In this document: positions 10,110 to 19,058 of the stretch, one piece after another
How the letters are laid out: each line of letters starts with the position of its first letter
Numbering within the stretch: the first letter of the stretch is position 1
Source: Micavibrio sp. TMED2
GTDB lineage: Bacteria; Pseudomonadota; Alphaproteobacteria; TMED2
Reading direction: 5' to 3'
DNA: 64,000 nucleotides
Assembly: GCA_002168225.1 (NCBI GenBank)
Contig: NHBH01000001.1
Span: forward strand, 1,126,370 to 1,190,369
The notes under the pieces: generated by a model
Told to the model about the DNA's origin: nothing
Database searches by the model: none
Seen by the model: the letters and a program-made list of their open reading frames with translations, nothing else
Translations under genes and position numbers: made by a program

Positions 10110-11654
10110 TTAATTCGCCCAGATGCGATAATTGCGCTGGCTGAGGCGGTATTCCAGAACCCGGTGATTATTGGTATCGACCACCAGTATCCGATCCTCG
10201 CCATCGGCCCAGATACCCGCCGGTTCATTGAGCGGGCTGCAAGTGCCATCGGTGCAGTCGAAGGCACCATGCGGGTGATCGGGATCGTCGAAATCGGCAA
10301 CCTCTCCCGCCATCACATCCACAATACGGATCGTGTCATTATAGCTGTCGGCGACATAGAGACAGCGTTCGCCGCCATCGGTGACAGCCAGAGGATGCTG
10401 GAATCGGGCCTGCGCAAACTTGCCGTTCTCGTGGCCGAATTCAAACAGACCGGCACCGACCAGCGTGCCCACCTGTTCGTTATGGGCGAGTTCGATCGTG
10501 CGAATGGCTGAGGTCTCGGCATCGACAAAGATCAGCATCTCCTCGTCTTCGGTCAGGGCAAGGCTGCTCGGTTGTGCCAGCTGTGCCTCATCCGGTTTGC
10601 CATCACGCAGTCCCTCGGTGCCGCTACCGGCGACCCGGCGCACGGTGCCGTCGGAGAGGTCAAAGACGCCGATCTGGTGTGTGCCGGCATTGGCGAAATA
10701 AAGCTGATCCTCGGCCAGCGCCAGATCCCAAGGGGAGGCAAGGTCGGTTTCCCGGCCCATGGTCTCACCGGCCTGCAGGGGCAGGCCACGCTCGCCGGTA
10801 CCGGCGATGGTGCGGACCGTGTCGGTGTTCAGGTCGATCACCCGGATCGCATGGTTGCCGGTATCGGCGACATAGATCGTGCCGTCACCGCAGATCAGCC
10901 CCTGCGGGCGGCGGAAACGGGCACGTTCTGCCGGGCCGTCAACAAATCCACGCCGACCGTTGCCATAGCGCTCGACCTCCTCGCCATGATCGTTCAGCAG
11001 GACAATCTGGCTGTGACCGCTATCGGCCAGCGCCCAGTAGCGCTCGCCATCAAGGGTCAGCGGCTTGATTTTGGACGGGTGGCTCAGCCGGTTATGTGGT
11101 GCCCGCTCGCGTTCGGTATCGAGCTCCACCGGTTCGATCAGGCCCTCGACCTTGAACTTGTCGAGCACGTCATTGATCGCACGCAGCATCTCGTTCAGGT
11201 CCGGCTCACCGGAATGCATGCCGATAACCGTGCCCTGCGGTGACAGGAAAACCAGCGTTGGCCATGCCTTGATCGCATACTGCTCCCACAGCTCACGGTC
11301 CGGGTCATGAACCACCGGATGCTTGATGCCATAGCGCAGGATCGCCTGTCGCAGTTTCTGTGGGTCTTTTTCCGCGTCGAATTTGGGCGAATGGACGCCG
11401 ACGATGACGACTTCTTCCGGGAACGCCTTTTCCAGCTTACGCAGGGTTTCGGCCACATGAATGCAGTTGATGCAGCAGAAGGTCCAGAAATCGAGAATGA
11501 CCAGTCGGCCCTCGAGATGCTGCAAACTCAGTGGTTCAGTGACATTGAACCAGGTTTGGCCCTCACGGAAAATTTCCGGTGCCCGCACCACGCCGAGCAT
11601 GTTCTCGGCCCCGAAGGCAGCCTCGCGATACGGATCGAATTCGTTGTCAGACAT
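10110..11654 (-). CDS. thioredoxin-like domain plus NHL-repeat protein (NHLRC2-like)
   Basis: N-terminal thioredoxin-like region (ILDFWTFCCINCIH), C-terminal repeated NHL-type blades (YVADTGNHAIRVID, LYFANAGTHQIGVFD, LYVADSYNDTIRIVD, LVVDTNNHRVLEY). Confidence 0.75.
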   Translation of the reverse strand: MSDNEFDPYREAAFGAENMLGVVRAPEIFREGQTWFNVTEPLSLQHLEGRLVILDFWTFCCINCIHVAETLRKLEKAFPEEVVIVGVHSPKFDAEKDPQKLRQAILRYGIKHPVVHDPDRELWEQYAIKAWPTLVFLSPQGTVIGMHSGEPDLNEMLRAINDVLDKFKVEGLIEPVELDTERERAPHNRLSHPSKIKPLTLDGERYWALADSGHSQIVLLNDHGEEVERYGNGRRGFVDGPAERARFRRPQGLICGDGTIYVADTGNHAIRVIDLNTDTVRTIAGTGERGLPLQAGETMGRETDLASPWDLALAEDQLYFANAGTHQIGVFDLSDGTVRRVAGSGTEGLRDGKPDEAQLAQPSSLALTEDEEMLIFVDAETSAIRTIELAHNEQVGTLVGAGLFEFGHENGKFAQARFQHPLAVTDGGERCLYVADSYNDTIRIVDVMAGEVADFDDPDHPHGAFDCTDGTCSPLNEPAGIWADGEDRILVVDTNNHRVLEYRLSQRNYRIWAN

Positions 11655-11829
11655 GGCAATTCATCATCGGGTCACAGGGGGCGATACAGTTAGATGATCG
11701 ACTTTGTGGCTCTGAACGCAAGGGAAACTTTGTCTGCCTGTGGTCAATTACTTGATTGCAGGGCCAACTCTCGGCTAACAGAACAGGGTTGTATCCCAGT
11801 TCTGCTTCACCCCAACAATCAGAGGCGTC

Positions 11830-13035
11830 ATGCAAACGCTCTACAGCGGTGGCCTGTTATTTGATGGCGATGGCCGCCTTCTCGAGAATTATGGTGTTCT
11901 GGTCGAAAACGACCGGATTGTGAAAATTGCGCCGCGCCCGGAGTTCACCGGTTTTGCCGGCTATGTCGTCGATACCTCCGGTGGCACCCTGTTGCCATCC
12001 CTGATTGATACGGCAGTGCATGTCACCCATGGCGGCGAGGCAAATCCGTTTATACCGGCAGCGGCCCGTTCCGATGCGGCAGCTACGCTCGTCGCGCTCG
12101 AGAATGTGCAGGCGAGCCTGATCGGCGGTGTCGGTGTGGTCCGTGATCTCGGTGGTCGTGCCGATGTGGGCCGTGCGGTCTCTGCCGCACTCGATGATGG
12201 CCGTTTCATGGGCGCATCCCTGATGACGGCGGGACAGACCATCACGGCAACCGGTGGCCATGGCCATGATACCGGTGCTGTTGCCGATGGCGCGCCAGCA
12301 GTGGTGCAGGCGGTTCGCAAACTGGTTTCCGGCGGTGCCAGCACGATTGTTCTGGCGGCGAGCGGTGGTGTCACCACCGGCGGTACCGATCCGTCGATGA
12401 CCTATTATACCGCTGACGAGGTAGCAGCCGGGGTTGAGGAAGCCCACCGCCTGAATTGCCCGAGCGCGGTCATGGCCCATAACCCGGAAGCGGCCCGCTA
12501 TGCGGTACAGTCGCGTGCCGGTACGGTTCTGTATGGTGTCGGTCTTGATGATGATGTGATTGCCGCCATGGTCTCGGCCCAGATGTATCTGGTTCCGGCA
12601 CTGGGTGCCATGCGTGCGCTGGCCGATGCTGCCGATGATCTGGTCGGAGAGGCCGGTATCTCGGTCGAAACGGTTGGCAAGGCACAGGCATTGGCCGACA
12701 GCCATGCTGGATCGCTCAAGCGTTTCTACGATGCCGGTGGCAAGGTGGCGTTCGGCAGTGACTGCGGTATGCCGCTCCTGTCCCATGGCGATAATGCCCG
12801 TGAACTGAGCCATATGGTCGCCAGCGGCATGACCCCGATTGACGCGCTGATTGCGGCTACCGGCTATGCTGCCGATATGCTGTCGCTGACCGGTCGCGGT
12901 CGTATTGCCGAGGGCGCGGTTGCCGATCTGCTCGTGGTTGATGGCAATCCGGCAGACAACATTGATGCGGTTGCCGATCGTGGCAATCACCGCCTCGTTG
13001 TCTGTGGTGGTGCCGTTGCCGCACGGCGCAGCTGA
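11830..13035 (+). CDS. amidohydrolase family metal-dependent hydrolase
   Basis: LLFDGDG...ENDRIVKI N-terminus, HVTHGG and later His/Asp pattern typical of amidohydrolase superfamily. Confidence 0.7.
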   Translation: MQTLYSGGLLFDGDGRLLENYGVLVENDRIVKIAPRPEFTGFAGYVVDTSGGTLLPSLIDTAVHVTHGGEANPFIPAAARSDAAATLVALENVQASLIGGVGVVRDLGGRADVGRAVSAALDDGRFMGASLMTAGQTITATGGHGHDTGAVADGAPAVVQAVRKLVSGGASTIVLAASGGVTTGGTDPSMTYYTADEVAAGVEEAHRLNCPSAVMAHNPEAARYAVQSRAGTVLYGVGLDDDVIAAMVSAQMYLVPALGAMRALADAADDLVGEAGISVETVGKAQALADSHAGSLKRFYDAGGKVAFGSDCGMPLLSHGDNARELSHMVASGMTPIDALIAATGYAADMLSLTGRGRIAEGAVADLLVVDGNPADNIDAVADRGNHRLVVCGGAVAARRS

Positions 13036-13049
13036 TCTATCTCTGACTC

Positions 13050-13517
13050 ATGATGAGTTTTCAGCCCTACAAGCCCCGCCGCGTTGAGCCGCTCGACCTG
13101 TGGCGACCGGACGGGCTGGCGATCAAGCCCTATACGATTGCCCGTGATGGTGCGGATGCACCGTCACTGGCGCTGATTGGCACTGCCCGCCGGATTGCCG
13201 AAACCGAAATCCCGAAGGCTGCGGCCTATGACACCGGGCATCACGGCCTCGGCTTTGCCATCCTGCATGAGGGGGAGGAAGCGATCTGGCTGTTGCTGCA
13301 CTGGTGGGCCCATGGTGATATCTGCTGCCGCGCCCTGTTCCGGGCCGACTCCGGCACGCTGGAGTTTGAGGATGTGAGCAAACGCTCCCTCATGGCCTGT
13401 GTCTGGGAGTTGCGGGTGATCGATCACGAGCGGCAGGCATGGGTGAATGCCATGCTTACCCACACGCCGGATGCGGAAACCTATCTGAAAGACAAATTGC
13501 CTGCTGGCCTCTATTGA
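13050..13517 (+). CDS. hypothetical protein
   Basis: ORF with protein-like composition in operon context; no motif recognised. Confidence 0.4.
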   Translation: MMSFQPYKPRRVEPLDLWRPDGLAIKPYTIARDGADAPSLALIGTARRIAETEIPKAAAYDTGHHGLGFAILHEGEEAIWLLLHWWAHGDICCRALFRADSGTLEFEDVSKRSLMACVWELRVIDHERQAWVNAMLTHTPDAETYLKDKLPAGLY

Positions 13518-13577
13518 TCGGCGCGCTTAAGTTACCTGCTGTCGATGATCCCCCGCCATGGCACAGGAACCGCACAT

Positions 13578-14765
13578 ATGCCCGTTGTGAACCGTATCGC
13601 AGACATGCTGCCCGAAATGACCGGATGGCGTCGCCACCTCCACGCCAACCCGGAACTGGCCTTCGAGGAACATGCGACCAGCCGGTTTGTAGTTGAACGT
13701 CTGCGCGAGATCGGGGTCGATGACATTCATCAGGGTATGGCCGGTACCGGGGTTGTCGCCCTGATCCATGGCAATGGCGGCCCGGCCGAGGGCGCGGATA
13801 AGCGCATTGCCCTGCGTGCCGATATGGACGCCCTGCCAATGGATGAAAAGACGGGTCTCGATTACGCCTCTGCCCGCGGTGGTGCCATGCACGCCTGCGG
13901 TCATGACGGCCATACGACCATTCTGCTCGGTACCGCGAAATATCTCGCCGAAACCCGCAACTTCACCGGTACCGCGGTACTGATCTTCCAGCCCGCCGAG
14001 GAGTTTGGCGGCGGGGCGCAGGTGATGATCGAGCAGGGCTTGTTCAAGAAATATCCGGTACGCTCGGTCTGGGGCTTACACAACTCGCCATCACTGCCTG
14101 CCGGTACCATTGGCACCCGTGTCGGGCCATCCATGGCGGCGGTCGATGATTTCCGGATCGAGATCAAGGGACGTGGCGGTCATGCCGCCCGCCCGCAGGA
14201 CAGCATCGACCCGATCTTCATCGGCAATCAGATATATAACGCCCTGCAGGGCATCATCAGCCGCAATAGCGACCCGATCAAATCGGCGGTGCTGAGCGTC
14301 ACCCAGTTCCATGCCGGTTCGGCCTTCAACGTCATTCCCGACGATGCCTTCCTGAACGGTACCGTGCGTACCTTCGATGCCGATCTGCGCACATATATCG
14401 AGCAACGCATGCGCGATATTTGCGAAGGTGCGGAAAAACAGTATGGCACCGAGATTACCCTGACCTATGACCTCGGCTACCCGCCGCTGGTCAACAGCGC
14501 GGATGAGACCGGGATCGCCGGTGAGGTTGCCGCCGATATTGTCGGTGAGGAACAGGTGATGCGCGAGATCGCCCCGATCATGGGCGGTGAGGATTTCGCC
14601 TATATGCTTGAGAACGCGCCCGGCTCCTATGTCTGGATCGGTCAGGCCGATGACGAGCATCAGGCACCGGTGCACAATCCGCTCTATGATTTCAACGATG
14701 CCATTCTGCCGGTCGCGACCAGTTATATGGCCCGGCTGGTTGAACGGCAGCTGCCCCGCGACTAG
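13578..14765 (+). CDS. M20 family amidohydrolase (hippurate hydrolase/aminoacylase-like), copy 1
   Basis: HANPELAFEE, ALRADMDALP, HACGHDGH metal-binding signatures. Confidence 0.8.
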   Translation: MPVVNRIADMLPEMTGWRRHLHANPELAFEEHATSRFVVERLREIGVDDIHQGMAGTGVVALIHGNGGPAEGADKRIALRADMDALPMDEKTGLDYASARGGAMHACGHDGHTTILLGTAKYLAETRNFTGTAVLIFQPAEEFGGGAQVMIEQGLFKKYPVRSVWGLHNSPSLPAGTIGTRVGPSMAAVDDFRIEIKGRGGHAARPQDSIDPIFIGNQIYNALQGIISRNSDPIKSAVLSVTQFHAGSAFNVIPDDAFLNGTVRTFDADLRTYIEQRMRDICEGAEKQYGTEITLTYDLGYPPLVNSADETGIAGEVAADIVGEEQVMREIAPIMGGEDFAYMLENAPGSYVWIGQADDEHQAPVHNPLYDFNDAILPVATSYMARLVERQLPRD

Positions 14766-14849
14766 GTTCAATAAGAACAGGTTTCGGGTCCGCTGAACAT
14801 GCATGGCCCGAACCGGAATGACCCGGAACAGAACAACCAAGGCCCGACC

Positions 14850-16034
14850 ATGCCCGTCAATAACCGCATTGCCGACTTCCACGATGAAATGACCGAATGG
14901 CGTCGTGACATCCATGCCCATCCCGAACTGGGGTTCGAGGAGGTCCGCACCGCGAAGATCGTGGCGGACAAGCTGGCCGAATGGGGCATTGAGGTCCATA
15001 CCGGTGTCGCCAAAACCGGCGTTGTCGGTGTGCTGCACGGCAATGGCGACAAGCGCGGGCAGGACCATGCCATCGCACTGCGCGCCGATATGGACGCGCT
15101 GCCGATGACCGAGGAAACCGGTGCTGCCCATGCCTCGACCACACCGGGCAAGTTCCATGGTTGTGGCCATGACGGGCACACCACCATGCTGCTGGGGGCC
15201 GCGAAATATCTCGCCGAAACCCGTAATTTCGACGGTACGGTCTATTTCATCTTCCAGCCCGCTGAGGAAGGCCATGGGGGCGGTCGACTGATGGTTCAGG
15301 AAAAACTGTTCGACAAGTTCCCGGCCAAGTCGGTCTGGGGGATGCACAACTGGCCGGAAGTGCCGTTGGGTCAGGCGGCGATCATGGCCGGGCCGATGAT
15401 GGCCGCTGCCGACCGCTTCGACATCGAGATCGAGGGCAAGGGCACCCATGCGGCCATGCCCCATTTCGGCATCGACCCGGTGCTGATCGGCGCGCAGATC
15501 GTGACCATGCTGCAATCACTGGTCAGCCGCCGCACCGATCCGCTGAAACAGGCGGTTATCTCCACCACGATGTTCCATTCCGGCGAGGCGTTCAACGTCA
15601 TCCCGCGTATGGCCAAACTCGGCGGTACCGTGCGTACCTTCGATCCGGAAATCCGCGACATGATCGAGGCCGAGATGACCACAATCGCCGAGAGTGTCGG
15701 CAAGGCCATGGGAGCCGAGGTGCGGGTCAGGTACGGTCGCGGCTATCCGCCGACCATCAATAGCGTGGATGAAGCAGAATTTGCGGCTCAGGTCGCCGGT
15801 AATCTGCTCGGGTCGGAGAATGTCCTGCGCGACATGGACCCTTGTATGGGTGCGGAGGATTTCTCCTATATGCTGCAGGAGCGTCCGGGCTGTTATATCT
15901 GGATGGGGCAGGGTGATGATGAGCATCAGGCGATGGTTCACAATACCCAGTACGACTTCAACGACCGCATCCTGCCGATCGGTGCATCATACTGGGCGCA
16001 GCTGGTCGAAACCGCTCTGCCGCGTGCAGGCTGA
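14850..16034 (+). CDS. M20 family amidohydrolase, copy 2 (tandem paralog)
   Basis: Same signatures (HAHPELGFEE, ALRADMDALP, HGCGHDGH); clearly paralogous to the upstream gene. Confidence 0.8.
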   Translation: MPVNNRIADFHDEMTEWRRDIHAHPELGFEEVRTAKIVADKLAEWGIEVHTGVAKTGVVGVLHGNGDKRGQDHAIALRADMDALPMTEETGAAHASTTPGKFHGCGHDGHTTMLLGAAKYLAETRNFDGTVYFIFQPAEEGHGGGRLMVQEKLFDKFPAKSVWGMHNWPEVPLGQAAIMAGPMMAAADRFDIEIEGKGTHAAMPHFGIDPVLIGAQIVTMLQSLVSRRTDPLKQAVISTTMFHSGEAFNVIPRMAKLGGTVRTFDPEIRDMIEAEMTTIAESVGKAMGAEVRVRYGRGYPPTINSVDEAEFAAQVAGNLLGSENVLRDMDPCMGAEDFSYMLQERPGCYIWMGQGDDEHQAMVHNTQYDFNDRILPIGASYWAQLVETALPRAG

Positions 16035-16056
16035 CAACCGGACGGAAGACACAGGC

Positions 16057-16650
16057 ATGTCGGATCGGGAAGAAGACGCACAAGATCGCTGGAACGCGGC
16101 CATGAATGCGGCTGTCGCGGCAAAGAGCGGTGAGGTCTTCAATGACGTGGTGTTCAATTTCGGTGTCGAGATCATCAACTTCCCGGAATTCCCGCAGGCC
16201 GATTTCGAGGTGCTGCTCGGCCTGATACAGGATCACCGGCTGCATGGCATGAACGGGTCATGGAACCTGATCGCCGTGTTCAATTACGAATTCGACCGGC
16301 TGAATACCGAACAGGAAGAACAGCTGCTGAAGGTGCTGCACCGGGTCCATGCCAGTTTCAGCGACTGGCACACGCCATTCTATATCGCCGAGATGATCGG
16401 CCAGCGTTATCCCGACGGTCGCGGGCTGGACGCCTTTCAGCGCATGGCCAAGACCCGCAACCAGATTTCCCGTGCCTTCATTCCCAACGGTCTGGAGATT
16501 CTCGCCCGCACGGCGAAAGACCCACTGATCAAGAACCGCGCCATGGACCAGATATTATCCATGCGCGGCGATGTCAGCGATCAGGTCAAGAAAGAGGTCG
16601 ACATGGCCATCGAACGCCTCGTCGACCGCGGCGCCATGGGGCGGGCGTAG
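16057..16650 (+). CDS. hypothetical protein
   Basis: ORF following the M20 pair; ORF-track extension upstream overlaps the M20 gene and is rejected. Confidence 0.45.
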   Translation: MSDREEDAQDRWNAAMNAAVAAKSGEVFNDVVFNFGVEIINFPEFPQADFEVLLGLIQDHRLHGMNGSWNLIAVFNYEFDRLNTEQEEQLLKVLHRVHASFSDWHTPFYIAEMIGQRYPDGRGLDAFQRMAKTRNQISRAFIPNGLEILARTAKDPLIKNRAMDQILSMRGDVSDQVKKEVDMAIERLVDRGAMGRA

Positions 16651-16657
16651 ACGACGT

Positions 16658-17107
16658 TTAATAATTGCCCATCTCACGTTGGCGCATGGGCATGGTGTCG
16701 ATCAGCGAGAATATCTCACCCATATTGACCGGCTCATCCCAGCGGCCCTTCTCACCACCATCCTTGCCGACAAGCACGACAAGAAACTGATCGTCATTTA
16801 CGCCATATTTCCGGCGCAGGTCGGTTGCATCGAAGGATAGTTGTGGGGCTGTGTCTGACAAATCTGCAGCATCCAGATCGACCGTCTCACCGGCGACGCT
16901 GATATGCATAATATCCCGCTCATATGCGCTGCCGATCTGTTGTCTGATGGCTCTCATCTGGTCTGTGAAATTCTGATCCTGCTGTGATTGTGCAAAGACC
17001 AGTACCGGTCGGTAAGACCATCTGTATTCAGCAAGCGGATTGGCCTTGGCGGTCATGGTGAGGACGCTGGTTATTGTCAGTATCAGGGCTGCCAGTATGA
17101 AACGCAT
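16658..17107 (-). CDS. DUF4174-like secreted protein
   Basis: Signal peptide, then YRPVLVFAQSQQDQNF...ERDIMHIS pattern resembling DUF4174. Confidence 0.5.
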   Translation of the reverse strand: MRFILAALILTITSVLTMTAKANPLAEYRWSYRPVLVFAQSQQDQNFTDQMRAIRQQIGSAYERDIMHISVAGETVDLDAADLSDTAPQLSFDATDLRRKYGVNDDQFLVVLVGKDGGEKGRWDEPVNMGEIFSLIDTMPMRQREMGNY

Positions 17108-17108
17108 A

Positions 17109-18071
17109 TCATGTCCTGCGGTTCGCTGATTTCGGGTTCAGTGCCTGTTGCAGCCCGTCGCCGAGCAGGTTGAAGGCAATGACTGTAATGAAGATGGCCA
17201 GTCCCGGATAAATGGCAAGCCAGGGGGCGTTCCAGATCAGCGCCTGGGCATTGGTCAGCATATTGCCCCAGCTCGGTACCGGTGGCTGGATGCCGAGGCC
17301 GAGGAAGCTGAGCACGCTTTCGAGCAGGATCACCGTGCCGATCGACAGGGTGGTCGAGATAATCACCGGCGAGACCACATTGGGCAGGATATGACGGCGC
17401 AGGATGGCTGCATCCCTGACCCCGAGGGCGGTGGCCGCCGTGACATAGGGGCGGGTGCGTACGGTCAGGGTGCTGGCCCGGACCAGACGCGCAACGGTGG
17501 TCCAGCCGACCAGCGCGATAATCACCACGATCCGATATAGCGCCGTGGTTTCGGCATAGGCGGCATCGGTGCTCAACCCCAGCTTGGTCAGGTCAACCGC
17601 TGCCAGCACGATCAGCAGTGGCAGCAGCGGCAGCGCGATGACGATGTCGGTCAGGCGCATCAGCAGGCTGTCGACAATCCCACGATAGAACCCGGCAATC
17701 AGGCCGATAAAGGTACCGATTACGGCGGCAAACCCGGCAGTGGTCAGGCCGACGATGAGCGATACCTGCCCGCCATAGAGCAGGCGCAGAAACACATCGC
17801 GGCCCAAACTGTCGGTGCCGAGCCAATGTGCCGCCGAGGGTGGCTGAAACCGACCGAACAGGTTCTGTGCTTCTGCCGTGGTGCCGAGCCAGTGCTCGAA
17901 CCACGGGGCGGCAAAGCAGGTGGCGGTGATCAGGATTAGCACGATCAGGCTGATCATGGCCGGTACCTGACGCACCAGCCGGGCAATGATCTGGCGGCGC
18001 GGCGTCAGCCGGTCTGCATGACCGGCGCTTGCCTGTTCGGCGGCGAGGGTGATGGTGTCGGTGCCGCTCAT
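17109..18071 (-). CDS. ABC transporter permease (OppC/DppC-like)
   Basis: Multi-TM permease with binding-protein-dependent transport motif region; 4-nt overlap with upstream permease. Confidence 0.8.
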   Translation of the reverse strand: MSGTDTITLAAEQASAGHADRLTPRRQIIARLVRQVPAMISLIVLILITATCFAAPWFEHWLGTTAEAQNLFGRFQPPSAAHWLGTDSLGRDVFLRLLYGGQVSLIVGLTTAGFAAVIGTFIGLIAGFYRGIVDSLLMRLTDIVIALPLLPLLIVLAAVDLTKLGLSTDAAYAETTALYRIVVIIALVGWTTVARLVRASTLTVRTRPYVTAATALGVRDAAILRRHILPNVVSPVIISTTLSIGTVILLESVLSFLGLGIQPPVPSWGNMLTNAQALIWNAPWLAIYPGLAIFITVIAFNLLGDGLQQALNPKSANRRT

Positions 18072-19039
18072 GTGCCGTCCTGATAGGAAATGCGGGGATC
18101 GACAGCGGCATAGAGCAGGTCGGCGATCAGATTGGCGATCAGGATCATGGCGGTGGCCAGCAGCAAGCCGACCAGCGCCAGATTGTAGTCATTGCCCTCA
18201 ATCGCGCCATAGATGGTCTGGCCGAGGCCGGGATAGGCAAACATCGCCTCGGTAATCAGCGCGCCGGAAAACAGCCCGCCGAAATTGAGTGCCACAATGG
18301 TGATGATGGTTGGTGCGGCATTGGGCAGGGCGTGCCGCCAGATCACCCGGCTTTCGCGCAAACCCTTGGCGCGGGCGACCCGGAGATGATCCTCATCAAG
18401 CACATCGAGCATCGCCCCGCGAATAAACCGGATATAGCCACCAAGGCTGAGCAGGGTCAGGCAGATGGTCGGCAGGATCAGGTGTTTCAGCCGGTCAAAC
18501 CAGCCGGGCAGATCGGTGGCACCGAGGCTTTCTATCCCCCCGGCAGGCAGCAGTTGCCAGTTCACGGAGACGATCAGGATCATCATCAGCGCCAGCCAGA
18601 AGGGCGGCACCGAGATACCGGCGAAGCTGATGAGGCTGATGCTGTAATCGGTGAAGCGGTTGGCCCTGACCGCTGCCAGTATGCCGAGCGGCAGGGCAAT
18701 TATGATGGCGAGCAGGAAGGCGGGCATCAGCAGGTAGAAGGAATTGGCAATCGCACCGCCGATAATCTCCAACACCGGGCGGCCATAGAGGCGGCTGTAC
18801 CCGAACTCTCCCTGTATCGCGGCGCTGAGCCAGTTGCCGTAGCGTATATATAGCGGCTGATCGAGACCGTATCGTTCACGCAGGCGATCCACCTCTGCCG
18901 AGGAAACGCTCGGGTCCATGCTGACCAGCATATCCACCGGATCGCCCGGCATCAGCCCGATCAGGCCGAAGACGATGACCGACATAAGCAAGAGGACGAT
19001 AAGCGCGCCGATCAGGCGGCGGGTGAGGAAGGTCAGCAT
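18068..19039 (-). CDS. ABC transporter permease (OppB/DppB-like)
   Basis: MLTFLTRRLIGALIVLLLMSVIVF N-terminus typical of DppB/OppB. Confidence 0.85.
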   Translation of the reverse strand: MLTFLTRRLIGALIVLLLMSVIVFGLIGLMPGDPVDMLVSMDPSVSSAEVDRLRERYGLDQPLYIRYGNWLSAAIQGEFGYSRLYGRPVLEIIGGAIANSFYLLMPAFLLAIIIALPLGILAAVRANRFTDYSISLISFAGISVPPFWLALMMILIVSVNWQLLPAGGIESLGATDLPGWFDRLKHLILPTICLTLLSLGGYIRFIRGAMLDVLDEDHLRVARAKGLRESRVIWRHALPNAAPTIITIVALNFGGLFSGALITEAMFAYPGLGQTIYGAIEGNDYNLALVGLLLATAMILIANLIADLLYAAVDPRISYQDGT

Positions 19040-19058
19040 TCAGCAGATGTCCCGATGC

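Noticed and set aside
10572-11243. 223-aa plus-strand ORF
   Set aside because: Antisense of the thioredoxin-NHL gene.
11857-12990. 377-aa minus-strand ORF
   Set aside because: Antisense shadow of the amidohydrolase gene 11830..13035; low-complexity Arg/Gly/Thr composition.
15694-16056. Upstream extension of ORF 15694..16650 overlapping the second M20 gene
   Set aside because: Overlaps a confidently called gene in another frame; a clean ATG (16057) with sensible N-terminus lies just after the M20 stop.
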